Sequence record: NC_052659.1
DNA: 64,000 nt
Reading direction: 5' to 3' (one strand)
DNA from: Escherichia phage nieznany
Each line of letters begins with the position of its first letter. Position 1 is the stretch's first letter. The notes beneath the pieces are model-generated. The model had not been told where the DNA came from, ran no database searches, and saw nothing but the letters and a program-made list of their open reading frames with translations. The position numbers and the translations under genes are program-made. Shown in pieces: positions 29,401-38,143 of this stretch.

Positions 29401-29456
29401 ACCAGGTCTACGCCCTGTTCGAGAGACGTTGCTGGATATGTTGGGAATGTTGCCAT
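26403..29456 (-). CDS. large tail fiber / tailspike-like protein
   Basis: 1017 aa, beta-rich Asn/Gly/Thr-rich sequence; position among fiber genes. Confidence 0.4.
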   Translation of the reverse strand: MATFPTYPATSLEQGVDLVIFSSNQLHDVINGSATESIETESGLIPTLRKALVDNFFFKSPLDWAQGTNETVFNQLRYFQNGVLSGYYYAPNATLVNPIPMQGTPVGDNNWVLWGLKTEQLATEVTPWVYSGATGYETVISPPYIFDSAIVTINGVIQVLGEAFRIEDSKIILSEPLGHDPATGLPNKLFAYIGKIVASADTDPNLENRLVSLETKTEELTESMDKVPLQTIARKYGLLDDEVAYATAGQSLTGIKALYDPVAQSSYTLPPNITGTLTSLSVSGVMTYSGGSVDLSALAVERGQFVHLPTSFGNNVTLTAKNQTIGRGAGRYRWAGSLPKSILASDTLETSGGLGPNAWVLTNTEGLLTPRGGTYNDLFDVVYLSEFANNTTTYTTPEAAFQAALLAAKASKSKILDAYGCDMTFTTSSFDIQGITLRGGVFRGQRDYRVQNATVEGTTFRNSRVMYWGGAVRMFDCLWDGAPRAGQVGSLVFQGNPISGTFEIDNCTFKNGLYGILQQGTGEPVTRGVFRNLTFMDMQGDAIELNVINKHYDDGCVIENIYLSNIDGTNAPIPLSNWGIGIGVAGKGPYGYGISDDQYCKNITIRNVFAKRCRQIVHVEVGRNISIENIHGDPDQTVSVGTGLATGAVVMYGSKDFTIDGVYGEPKTDGSTLASNIRMIYLEWGTNAVLDEEGNPVVPAQGRPSNPCFNYSVRNIHTKTGRVFAGVSAGPGYENRVSFENIRCAALQLFGIASWLSMSNITCNIFDCVGQPESGPGTFYDGFFRREKSVLEMVNVNCYPDGKTMVTGRPQWSRCRYSDIHRVNCNVEANMYTNIAGGIGAIVGTTGKVYYLEPNPSRNIDGMHFPTGKEFDKGDMIVKADNTFFLVTTSGAYIPDIPAFGIRATQAGDTFLTQNLTPNGTATNASWLYHYPLSAGTRIRIPGAGVGGADLDTVITRAPYQDNDTWTNPVKIDIADPIVTPTSAGVRIKTIPNDSSNVSVGNTAVIRPTPVVDVPTT

Positions 29457-29459
29457 TAA

Positions 29460-29795
29460 TTACCCCTTATTCTGTGTACGTTTAACTATGTCATCTAGCA
29501 TCATTTGGATAGTCGCATTCTTGAGATCCATAATCTTTTCAATTTTTTGCTCAAGGGTGTTGTTATTTGCCATTAATGTAGAGTTAATTTGATTTAGCAT
29601 CTGGGTAAGTTCGGCTTTAGTTGCGTAAGTTGATTCAACAAAGACCAACTTCTTCTCTAGCTCTCGACTTTTCTCCTCCATTTCCTCAAGATCAGAGCCG
29701 AATTTATCCATTTTTTGTTTGAAAAAGAACCAGATGACTCCGATTAAAGGGATAATTGCATCCTTGGCAAGTCCCCATGCTTCTTGAAATTCCAT
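29460..29795 (-). CDS. hypothetical protein with N-terminal TM helix and coiled coil
   Basis: Hydrophobic AIIPLIGVIWFFF then heptad-like charged region. Confidence 0.35.
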   Translation of the reverse strand: MEFQEAWGLAKDAIIPLIGVIWFFFKQKMDKFGSDLEEMEEKSRELEKKLVFVESTYATKAELTQMLNQINSTLMANNNTLEQKIEKIMDLKNATIQMMLDDIVKRTQNKG

Positions 29796-29805
29796 ACTGT
29801 ATCCC

Positions 29806-30345
29806 TTACTGAGTAGGTCTATCAGGCCACTGAATGTTGTTCAAGTCTTTCAGATCTAATAGAACTAAAGATGCTCGGTATAACTTAACAGCTTTTAACC
29901 ATTTTTCTTGTTCCTCTGACAAACCTTGCAACTCCTGCAAATCTGTCAAAGCACCTATTTGGTTTCCAGCCCACGTCAATTCTGTCTCTAGTGTAGTATC
30001 CACGTCTTCTTGTGTCCAAGTATTGTGTTTTTCAAAAGTTGTTCCGTTATATCTCCATTGTCTTGGATATTCGGTCATACCTTTTGGAACACTATCTGTA
30101 ACAACAACACGCATATTGTGGGGGAATAATCCTACCGCATCTTCCCCTACACCTAAAACTAAATTATCAGTATTCAAACTAACAAAATATGCATCAGGAT
30201 ACTTAGCATCCAACTCTTTCGACAAATCGTACCAATCCCTGCCAGACGAATCTCTTAAAAATCCTACCCCTAAACCAATTAAAAAGAGCGTATCTTCATT
30301 AGGTTCTGGAGTATATAGTTCAAAACCATCGTAAACAATGTTCAT
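29806..30345 (-). CDS. hypothetical protein (possible tail fiber assembly protein)
   Basis: Position immediately downstream of fiber gene; no motif. Confidence 0.3.
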   Translation of the reverse strand: MNIVYDGFELYTPEPNEDTLFLIGLGVGFLRDSSGRDWYDLSKELDAKYPDAYFVSLNTDNLVLGVGEDAVGLFPHNMRVVVTDSVPKGMTEYPRQWRYNGTTFEKHNTWTQEDVDTTLETELTWAGNQIGALTDLQELQGLSEEQEKWLKAVKLYRASLVLLDLKDLNNIQWPDRPTQ

Positions 30346-30360
30346 TATTTATTCTCCTAC

Positions 30361-31392
30361 TTAGTAGCTTACTGTTACCCATCCACCATTTACATAGTAC
30401 TGCAATGGCCCAGACCAATAAGAAGCACCACGAAGTTCTTTCTTATTACCGAAAGCCCAACCAGTCATAACGTGACCAGCATAGTAAGGGGATTCTGATA
30501 CACCTAACTGAATACGTCCATTAATACGAACTGCCGTTACACGTGCATTCACTTGACTTTGAAGGGAGTTTATTTGATTTTGTAAGCTGTTTTGCAAATT
30601 ATCAATACGAGAATTTAAATTGCTATTAACATTATTCAAATTGTTTTGAACACTGTTAATGTTTGTTTGTAATGTATTTTGAAGAGAGCTTAAACGAGAG
30701 TTCAAATAATCTAAGCGGACCAAAGCATTTCCATTTGAAGTGTCTTGTCCATTGTTTGATCTTGGATTATCGATTAGAACATAACCCGCATCATATAAAC
30801 GAACGCCAGCAGCTACACTACCTGTGCTAGGATTTCTACGATAAATGTAAAGCTGACCACCGCTTTGATACTCAGCAGAAATCTCACCATTTGTTTGTCC
30901 TGCAAAGTTTTTGAAGAATAGAGTTGCAGGATCTGTTGTGGAAGTGCCATTAACATAGATATCTCCGCCGTAAATAGCACCACCTGCGTCACGTTTTACC
31001 AATACATTTGGTGTTACTATGGAACTAGTAGCATCTGTAATATTTGCCGACAAGTGATTATGACTGTTATCTAGAACTTGAATAGATAAAGTAACTTCTT
31101 TATCACCATTCCAAGTAGCCTCACCAGTAGCATCACCTGCCATTGTAATCTTAGTTCCAACTAAAGGTAAGTAAGTATTAGGTAAAGTTGGAAGAAAGTC
31201 ATCTACCAAATAGCGAATCCATAAACCGATATTATTAAGAATCCAGTTCATTTCTTCGCAAGTCATGATTTGACCATAATCCATACCAACTGTGCGGATG
31301 GTTTCTTTAGGTCTAATTTTGTTTGTGTTTAAAGTTCCTGGGAGCGTTACAGTTTGTGTAGCCCAGTCAGGATAATATATTGGCTTCGCCAT
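30361..31392 (-). CDS. tail fiber protein with Asn/Gln-rich coiled-coil repeats
   Basis: NINSVQNNLNNVNSNLNSRIDNLQNSLQNQINSLQSQVNA heptad-like repeats. Confidence 0.4.
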   Translation of the reverse strand: MAKPIYYPDWATQTVTLPGTLNTNKIRPKETIRTVGMDYGQIMTCEEMNWILNNIGLWIRYLVDDFLPTLPNTYLPLVGTKITMAGDATGEATWNGDKEVTLSIQVLDNSHNHLSANITDATSSIVTPNVLVKRDAGGAIYGGDIYVNGTSTTDPATLFFKNFAGQTNGEISAEYQSGGQLYIYRRNPSTGSVAAGVRLYDAGYVLIDNPRSNNGQDTSNGNALVRLDYLNSRLSSLQNTLQTNINSVQNNLNNVNSNLNSRIDNLQNSLQNQINSLQSQVNARVTAVRINGRIQLGVSESPYYAGHVMTGWAFGNKKELRGASYWSGPLQYYVNGGWVTVSY

Positions 31393-31401
31393 TTAAACTC
31401 C

Positions 31402-32031
31402 TTAATCTATTTGCTTGAGAAGCGTACACATGCGTCCTGTTTCATCCCCAGTAGATTCCATATACAGGGAACCTAAACCACCAATACCATGAGGCGGTTT
31501 GGTAGCATAATAAGAACTAAAACCAAAAGCTGATCCTGCTTTTGCTCCAAGACGGTAGCTACTAATGATAGGGAAAACACTTAGCAACTGTTCTAAAGCT
31601 TGATCAGATTGAAGACACAGGTTGTAGAAAAACACATCAAAGGTTTTATTCAAACCTACGTAAGTATTAAGCGTTTCACGCTCTGTTCCTGTGAAACGGG
31701 CGAAGATATCAATTATGTCACCACGAGTCCCCGATGAGGCTACGCGGTAAGCCCTGATTTTTAATATTGTTCTATACTCTTCATCATCAGAGCCATTACG
31801 TTCGATCCCCATTTCTTCTCCTAAGATATCTAGGTATTTGCCTGTGGCTGTGGAGATCAAGCGGTGTTTAGCAAGATAGATCATTGCCTGATCTATCTTT
31901 TGCTTTTCACTGGATACGATGTAGAGGAGCTTGACAATGTTAGGAGAAGATTTAAAATCTTCAATCAGAAGGTTTTTAACGTCTTCATTGATACTGGCCC
32001 AAGTTGTTACATGGTCAACACTCACTGCCAT
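31402..32031 (-). CDS. putative baseplate/tail protein
   Basis: Position downstream of baseplate J-like gene. Confidence 0.3.
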   Translation of the reverse strand: MAVSVDHVTTWASINEDVKNLLIEDFKSSPNIVKLLYIVSSEKQKIDQAMIYLAKHRLISTATGKYLDILGEEMGIERNGSDDEEYRTILKIRAYRVASSGTRGDIIDIFARFTGTERETLNTYVGLNKTFDVFFYNLCLQSDQALEQLLSVFPIISSYRLGAKAGSAFGFSSYYATKPPHGIGGLGSLYMESTGDETGRMCTLLKQID

Positions 32032-32033
32032 TT

Positions 32034-33521
32034 TTACACTCCATACTCGTAAGAAATGTTATCAAGGTCAAAAGAAGGGACAACATTATAAGCAGGAACT
32101 ATATTATTCTCTGTATATTTACTGTCATCCTCAGTATTAAGTTTAACATAAACACGAAGAGAAGTCAAGCGTCCAAAAGCAAGTGCTGCATAAATAACAC
32201 CTTTGATTTGATCGTTCGTTACTGAAGAACCTAATTCAAAGTAAGCTTGCAGGTTTTGTAAAGCTTCTACGATGTTTTGTTTTTCTGTTCCACTTAAAGT
32301 TGTTCCGTTGACAGTTTGATAAACAAGTTTTACAGAATACATAGCAGAAGCACCAGGGGAGAAGCGAATAATTTCTTGTCCTCCATCTTCTGTTGTAACT
32401 GTTATGTTAGTTGTTCCGTGTGTCAAAGTGTTGATTGGTTTGGTTTTATAGATAACATTTGCAATTTCTTCAGCACTCCCTCCATAAACTATAGTCTGGA
32501 AAGTCATAGCTGGAGCATGTTCTTGATCATGTAACGTAGGGTTATCATAAATCTTCACCTTAGTAACACCATCTGTAAGTAACAGAGCTTTCACAATAGC
32601 TGCTCGTGTCCCTGCGTTAGCTTCGTCAACGTTGTCATTGAAACGAGAGCGGAATTCTGCGTCTGTCTCAACATCTCGACCAGGGGAAAATGAATAGAAG
32701 TTACCACTATCAAGATAACCTGTAAAGGTAGAAGATATCCCTGTAATAGACTCCACACCAACAGGATTGTATCCTTTCTCTGCTGCAACTACCGGAATCT
32801 CACTCCACTTGGTTCCAACCGGAACACTAGCATAAAATTTAATAGGAGTTACCAGCCCCACTGGAGTATCACTGGTTAAAGAAGTAAAACCAATTGATAA
32901 GTTACCTGAATCAGAAAATACAAGACTACGATCAGCTTCTGTTAAATTCGCCTTGATAAAAGTTTCAAGATCGGTTATAAATGTAGAAGAACCAGGTGCA
33001 AGTGTTTTACTGTTTAGTCCTCCATCCACCGCACTTTGTGCATAAAAAGTAATATTTGGAACACCTGTAGCAGTTGCATTAGCACGAGAGATTTGATAAG
33101 CTGCAATCTTAGCATTCAACATAGTTGGTGTGCTAACATAGTAGTTCATATCACTATCAGAGTTGAAGTAAATATCCGTGCCTAACTCATAAGTCCAAGC
33201 TGCTTTGTTATTACTCTTAACATAGGCATAACCTGTACTTGCTGCTGCCCCTGCTCGATAGAAACCGCGTTTAGAAAAGATTTCGTCAAGATAAATACCT
33301 TCTGCACCATCCAGTGTTTGAGTATTATAAACACCTTGCATACCTTCCCACAATGTGTAATCTGTGTACGCAATTATTCTAAACAGTTGTCCGATCACAG
33401 TATCTTCCGAAGTGGCTGCATCTGCACCAAATGTGTTTTTTACTGCTGTCATATAATTGTTTAGAACATCGTCAAAAGTCGGGATTACAAATCCCGCATC
33501 TGTCAAACCATATTCGTCCAT
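32034..33521 (-). CDS. baseplate J-like protein
   Basis: Size, position and N-terminal character resemble baseplate J/gp6-family wedge proteins (inference). Confidence 0.4.
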   Translation of the reverse strand: MDEYGLTDAGFVIPTFDDVLNNYMTAVKNTFGADAATSEDTVIGQLFRIIAYTDYTLWEGMQGVYNTQTLDGAEGIYLDEIFSKRGFYRAGAAASTGYAYVKSNNKAAWTYELGTDIYFNSDSDMNYYVSTPTMLNAKIAAYQISRANATATGVPNITFYAQSAVDGGLNSKTLAPGSSTFITDLETFIKANLTEADRSLVFSDSGNLSIGFTSLTSDTPVGLVTPIKFYASVPVGTKWSEIPVVAAEKGYNPVGVESITGISSTFTGYLDSGNFYSFSPGRDVETDAEFRSRFNDNVDEANAGTRAAIVKALLLTDGVTKVKIYDNPTLHDQEHAPAMTFQTIVYGGSAEEIANVIYKTKPINTLTHGTTNITVTTEDGGQEIIRFSPGASAMYSVKLVYQTVNGTTLSGTEKQNIVEALQNLQAYFELGSSVTNDQIKGVIYAALAFGRLTSLRVYVKLNTEDDSKYTENNIVPAYNVVPSFDLDNISYEYGV

Positions 33522-33763
33522 TAGTCATCCTCTTTGGTAGATTGTGATCTGCCCCAACGTAAATCAATAAGATTTTTCATGAGGCGAGAAGGGGTTATCA
33601 TGAAAACAAAAGCCCAACCCATCCATTCAGGAATTTCTTTTTCTATTCCTAAAAAGATAAACATGCCTGTCATAACCGACATGCCTACAGCGTTCCAGAC
33701 TTTAGTAGAACTGACTTTATTATCAGGATATGTACAGAACATACCTATTAAAAATTTTCTCAT
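33521..33763 (-). CDS. small two-TM membrane protein, holin-like
   Basis: Two hydrophobic segments and charged C-terminus RWGRSQSTKEDD. Confidence 0.3.
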   Translation of the reverse strand: MRKFLIGMFCTYPDNKVSSTKVWNAVGMSVMTGMFIFLGIEKEIPEWMGWAFVFMITPSRLMKNLIDLRWGRSQSTKEDD

Positions 33764-34068
33764 AGTGCGTTCTCATTACTTTTTAAATCACGAGATACAA
33801 CTAATTCCCCAAGGTCTACAGAACCCGCTGAATGCACAAATACAGCAGCACTAAGACTAATGGCAGTAGTACCTGGGGCAATATCAGCAGGTAGGGAATA
33901 CGCCCTTTGCGTCTCCTTATCATAGATAACCTTATACCCACCCAAATCCACACCAACTGAGAAGTAAACAACCTCAGATTGTTTAACTCCAAAGTGACGG
34001 GCTACTGCTTGTTTATTGGTTAAGATTCCGGTTGAACCTTTACCACCTTGTGAGAACATTTCGTTCAT
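33760..34068 (-). CDS. hypothetical structural protein
   Basis: ORF in baseplate module. Confidence 0.35.
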   Translation of the reverse strand: MNEMFSQGGKGSTGILTNKQAVARHFGVKQSEVVYFSVGVDLGGYKVIYDKETQRAYSLPADIAPGTTAISLSAAVFVHSAGSVDLGELVVSRDLKSNENAL

Positions 34069-34088
34069 AACGACCTCTTTGTTTTTCT

Positions 34089-34116
34089 AAAAAACCCCTC
34101 CGAAGAGGGGTGCTTA
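34089..34116 (-). terminator. rho-independent terminator (minus strand)
   Basis: CCCCTC-CGAA-GAGGGG hairpin with A-run on plus side. Confidence 0.45.
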
Positions 34117-34141
34117 TTAATACTAACAATAGTCGATGTTT

Positions 34142-34423
34142 TCAACAGTCAATACTAGTTGCTGCGTAAGGAGGCGCTAATTTTGTGGGAACGTGACGCT
34201 GTTCGAAAGCAACGCACGCAGCGGCATACAGTGCATCTATTGCAGGCAACGGAAACATCGACAGTGCACAGGCGTCACGAAACTCGTTCAGATCAGGCTT
34301 ATTCCCATAGACTTTAACGGCAATATTTGGTTTAAGGTAAAAACCAGCACTCCACCCATCACCCCGTACTTCAAGAATGGCAACGCCAACCGCTGTAAAT
34401 TTTTCAAATTTCATCTTAAACAT
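34142..34423 (-). CDS. hypothetical protein
   Basis: ORF. Confidence 0.35.
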   Translation of the reverse strand: MFKMKFEKFTAVGVAILEVRGDGWSAGFYLKPNIAVKVYGNKPDLNEFRDACALSMFPLPAIDALYAAACVAFEQRHVPTKLAPPYAATSIDC

Positions 34424-34614
34424 TCTCCATAGATTCGTTGTTATGAGCAGAATTTTCTCGGTCTAACTCTGCCTGTAATGCATTCATCGCTACAGTAAAG
34501 GCAGGAACTTCCTGCCCAGTTAAATTAACTCTCAGCATAAACTGCATGATATTTTGAATAGTTTGCTTATCCATGATTATTCCTATTAAGTTGGGCCAAT
34601 AAGACCGTGTGTGA

Positions 34615-35973
34615 TTAGAGCATCAGATAATTTTTTACATATCTGGCCAATTCTACCAGCGTCATTGTTTCGGTATTTTTGACCGTGCCATCCGCTGTTC
34701 CACCTAGCTGGAAAATTCCAGTTTGTCTGACTGAAAGAACTTTAGTGCTGTTTATAGATATGTTCATATTTCTGAAGTTAAATGCACCTGTCGCATCTTC
34801 GTAACCAATCCACTTCGTTACTCCGGCGACCGGACCCCAGTAAATCCTATGGTCTATATCTAAGTTTATTGCATTACTTTCTTGAAATCTCGCACCAAGA
34901 GTGTTCAGACCATATGTGAAGTTGATTCCAGTTCCGTCAGCCCGTGGACCAAGTTTTATTCCTCCATAACGATGAAGGTTAGACACTGACCCTTCGATTT
35001 TCAGCTGTTGAGTATCTTCCAAATAAGCATTTTTCCAATCTCCGGAAGGGAGCACACCACCCCTTCTAAGCCTCATGCCTATCCACCAGCCAGACTCTCC
35101 TACTGGACGGTTTGAGCCATCTCCAACGTCAATTCCAATACCACAAGCTGAACCACCGTCCGCAGTAGTAACGATAAGACCTCGATAAGGCCCCTCCCCT
35201 GTGGGAAGGTTTTCCGGATGAGGCTGAGATGAGAATGAATTCACCAGATTTAATTCACATCCGACTAACTGAGAAGAGCGCACTCCAGAGCCATCATTAC
35301 CATTCCCTGCCTGACCCCAAAGACCCCAAACCCTCCCGTTTCGTCCTATAGCTTTACCAGAACCATGTACGCCTATAGCGTCAACTGATTTTCCAGAGGT
35401 TAATACATCACCAGCCGAAGATCTTACATAGCCCGAGACACCAATCCCAAAGGCTGACGCCTCCGGTTCAAGGGTTATCGTTCCCTGCATAGCAACATCA
35501 AACCATTTTGTGCCCCCCTCTTCCCTTTTCATCTTGGAGGTTTTTTCTGCCCAGATTAATGGGTAAGGGTTTTCGGCTCCGGCTCCGGGTAAACCGCGCT
35601 TTAATTTGAACCCACCAGAATAGTTCCTAAACGAAGGATATATATTAAACGTTGCATCAACAGTATTGGGCCAATACCCTTCTGGGACAAGGTAGGTAAG
35701 GCCCGTGTTGTTCGCGGCAGTAATAGCTACCGTATTGGATTCGGAATCCCCTTTGGCTCCGCCAGCGAACCCACCCCACGTAATTGGTTTTGGAATATCA
35801 CCAATAAGACCAGCCCCACCTGAATCTTTCAACTGGGTGGCTAAAACCACCCCAGTGTCAGTAAGAAAGTTGGAAACTGTGCTTTTAACAGTCTTATCAG
35901 GTTGATCTAAAACCAGGTAATCTGAACCATTAACTTTTGATGTTTCGGGTAAATTAGTAATTGTAGTTGACAT
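34615..35973 (-). CDS. tail/baseplate structural protein
   Basis: 452 aa Gly-rich beta-rich ORF in tail module. Confidence 0.4.
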   Translation of the reverse strand: MSTTITNLPETSKVNGSDYLVLDQPDKTVKSTVSNFLTDTGVVLATQLKDSGGAGLIGDIPKPITWGGFAGGAKGDSESNTVAITAANNTGLTYLVPEGYWPNTVDATFNIYPSFRNYSGGFKLKRGLPGAGAENPYPLIWAEKTSKMKREEGGTKWFDVAMQGTITLEPEASAFGIGVSGYVRSSAGDVLTSGKSVDAIGVHGSGKAIGRNGRVWGLWGQAGNGNDGSGVRSSQLVGCELNLVNSFSSQPHPENLPTGEGPYRGLIVTTADGGSACGIGIDVGDGSNRPVGESGWWIGMRLRRGGVLPSGDWKNAYLEDTQQLKIEGSVSNLHRYGGIKLGPRADGTGINFTYGLNTLGARFQESNAINLDIDHRIYWGPVAGVTKWIGYEDATGAFNFRNMNISINSTKVLSVRQTGIFQLGGTADGTVKNTETMTLVELARYVKNYLML

Positions 35974-35981
35974 TTTTACTC

Positions 35982-38135
35982 CTATATATAAAATTTTTGT
36001 GTTGTTACTAAATCTTCTCCAGATTTAGTGGCTAATGTAATTCCACTTATGGTGGCAATCTCAACATTTACCTGTTTAAGAGTGATATCCTGTAAATAAA
36101 CGTTCAAAGGCACGTTACCCATATAGAAAACTTGGGATTGAGAATTAACTACTGTGATAGAATCATGCATTATTTGAGGATAGGCCCATATATATTGTGT
36201 AAGTCCGTCAAACTTATTGGCGTTCAACACTATGTTACCTATAATCATCTTCCAAAGATATGTGCGGTAGTTTGATTTAGGATCAAAGCCATACAAAGGT
36301 GCAAGAGTAGCATCTGGAACAAAACCTGAAAGGTAGTGAATATCAGAATATTCAAAACCTAATTTTTCATGTGGTATAGTAATTGCATCAAATGCTTTCA
36401 TCATCTTACCTTCCAGAAGCCAGTCATAACACTCTGAACAGTAAAAATCAAAAGCTTCAGGAATGTAGTAATCAGACGGGAAGTTAACTTTCTCCATCAA
36501 ACCGTTGCCGATAATTGATGGCAAGAACGGAAGCAATGTTACCTTGGCTCCTGGGTAAGTTGCTCTAGTATCTGTTGCAAACTTTGTAACTCTTAATCCT
36601 AGTTTACGAGACAAAAATGCATAGTATTCGTCAAACGGCGTTCCTGTTTTATAATTATCTATTGTTCCTGCATCTTGTGCAAATAAACCTGTTTCTGTGT
36701 TGAATGCCAGTTTGGTAGTGTAATCATATATGCAAGGCATTTTACTTGCTGTATTATACCACCACCAAGGCTCACCAATTTGAATGACAACTGGAATATT
36801 ATTAGCTTGCGAAATAGATGCTATTTTATTAATAACATTTTGCAAATATTCCATACCTTCGTCAATAGTTGGAGACAACACATAACTAGGAGGTTTATAC
36901 CCTGTTGCTGCAAGAGCATCGTTCCAATCATGCTGAACCCATTCTACAGGACAAACTGTGCTCATCAATTCAAAACTTAAAGAGTTCATTATTGTGTAGC
37001 CCTTCTCGTTTGCTATAGAATGGAAGCTGTTAAGCCAAGCTTCTGTAGCCGGATTCAGGAAAACAGATTTATTTAAAGCCCAAGATGTTCCATTCCATGA
37101 GAACTCATAATAGTGAGACATTCCGTTATAATGGTTAATCATCCCACGATAACCTAGTGCATATGTATTATAAATAACTCTCTCTGGAGTCAGGTTATAC
37201 ATATCATCATAAGATGTGCACATGCGAATATCATGTTCAGGCTGGACAAGGTTGCTGACTTTCATCATACTGTAACCAGAGGTAGGTTCAAGAAGAGTGA
37301 AAGTAAACCAAGCCTCTTGACTGTCAATAGGTACAACCTCTTCTATTTCTTCGTACCTTGCTGTAATCAAAGAGAAGAAAATATTATCTACAGCACTCAT
37401 ATCCAAAGGAATATCATTATTAGGGCCAGAAAAGATATTACCAAAATCTAACTTGATTGTAGCTGTTTTACCATCTTCTGAAATATCTAAAGCGTAGAAT
37501 CCTAAACTGACATAATGAACACTTTTATCCAGGAGAGTTACAGTCAAAGTCGGCACCAAAGGTTCTTCTTTAAAACCTGGCATGTTTTGACTAATTTCCA
37601 TTTTAAACCAAAGTTTCTCTGAACTTAAATCTGTGTGGGGTAAATACCCAACACCTTTATGGTCATATTTGTCAACTGTGCTCCAGATAACCCCTGCCAA
37701 ACCTGCTGTTGTTCTGTTTACAAATCTTGCAGTAAAAGAGTCTCCATGAGATACAATAGAACAACTTTCCGTTGCTTGAGAATCTATTGTCCAATACATA
37801 GGAGAGAACATTTTAACGTCTTTTGTAGTCCAAGTTATTGGAGTAGTATTTTCTTGGATAGTAGTTATAATACAATTGATGGTTGTTTCAACCATCATAT
37901 TATTTTGACTAATCCCTGAAACTTGGAGGGAGAAGTTAAGATCTATTGAGTTCTTTGGTCGTTCAAATACTTCAACCACAATAGTAGCAGAATCAGCATC
38001 ATCAGGGAACACAAGTGTTCCCGATTTTGCAATATAATCTCTACCAGCGACTGCTGTTCCGTCAACAGTCGTGTAGTTAAATGAACTCGCATTTACTCTC
38101 TTGTCTCGCGTGACAGTAAATATAGCTTGTTTCAT
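35982..38135 (-). CDS. tail/baseplate structural protein
   Basis: 717 aa ORF in tail module. Confidence 0.4.
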   Translation of the reverse strand: MKQAIFTVTRDKRVNASSFNYTTVDGTAVAGRDYIAKSGTLVFPDDADSATIVVEVFERPKNSIDLNFSLQVSGISQNNMMVETTINCIITTIQENTTPITWTTKDVKMFSPMYWTIDSQATESCSIVSHGDSFTARFVNRTTAGLAGVIWSTVDKYDHKGVGYLPHTDLSSEKLWFKMEISQNMPGFKEEPLVPTLTVTLLDKSVHYVSLGFYALDISEDGKTATIKLDFGNIFSGPNNDIPLDMSAVDNIFFSLITARYEEIEEVVPIDSQEAWFTFTLLEPTSGYSMMKVSNLVQPEHDIRMCTSYDDMYNLTPERVIYNTYALGYRGMINHYNGMSHYYEFSWNGTSWALNKSVFLNPATEAWLNSFHSIANEKGYTIMNSLSFELMSTVCPVEWVQHDWNDALAATGYKPPSYVLSPTIDEGMEYLQNVINKIASISQANNIPVVIQIGEPWWWYNTASKMPCIYDYTTKLAFNTETGLFAQDAGTIDNYKTGTPFDEYYAFLSRKLGLRVTKFATDTRATYPGAKVTLLPFLPSIIGNGLMEKVNFPSDYYIPEAFDFYCSECYDWLLEGKMMKAFDAITIPHEKLGFEYSDIHYLSGFVPDATLAPLYGFDPKSNYRTYLWKMIIGNIVLNANKFDGLTQYIWAYPQIMHDSITVVNSQSQVFYMGNVPLNVYLQDITLKQVNVEIATISGITLATKSGEDLVTTQKFYI

Positions 38136-38143
38136 TTTACCCC

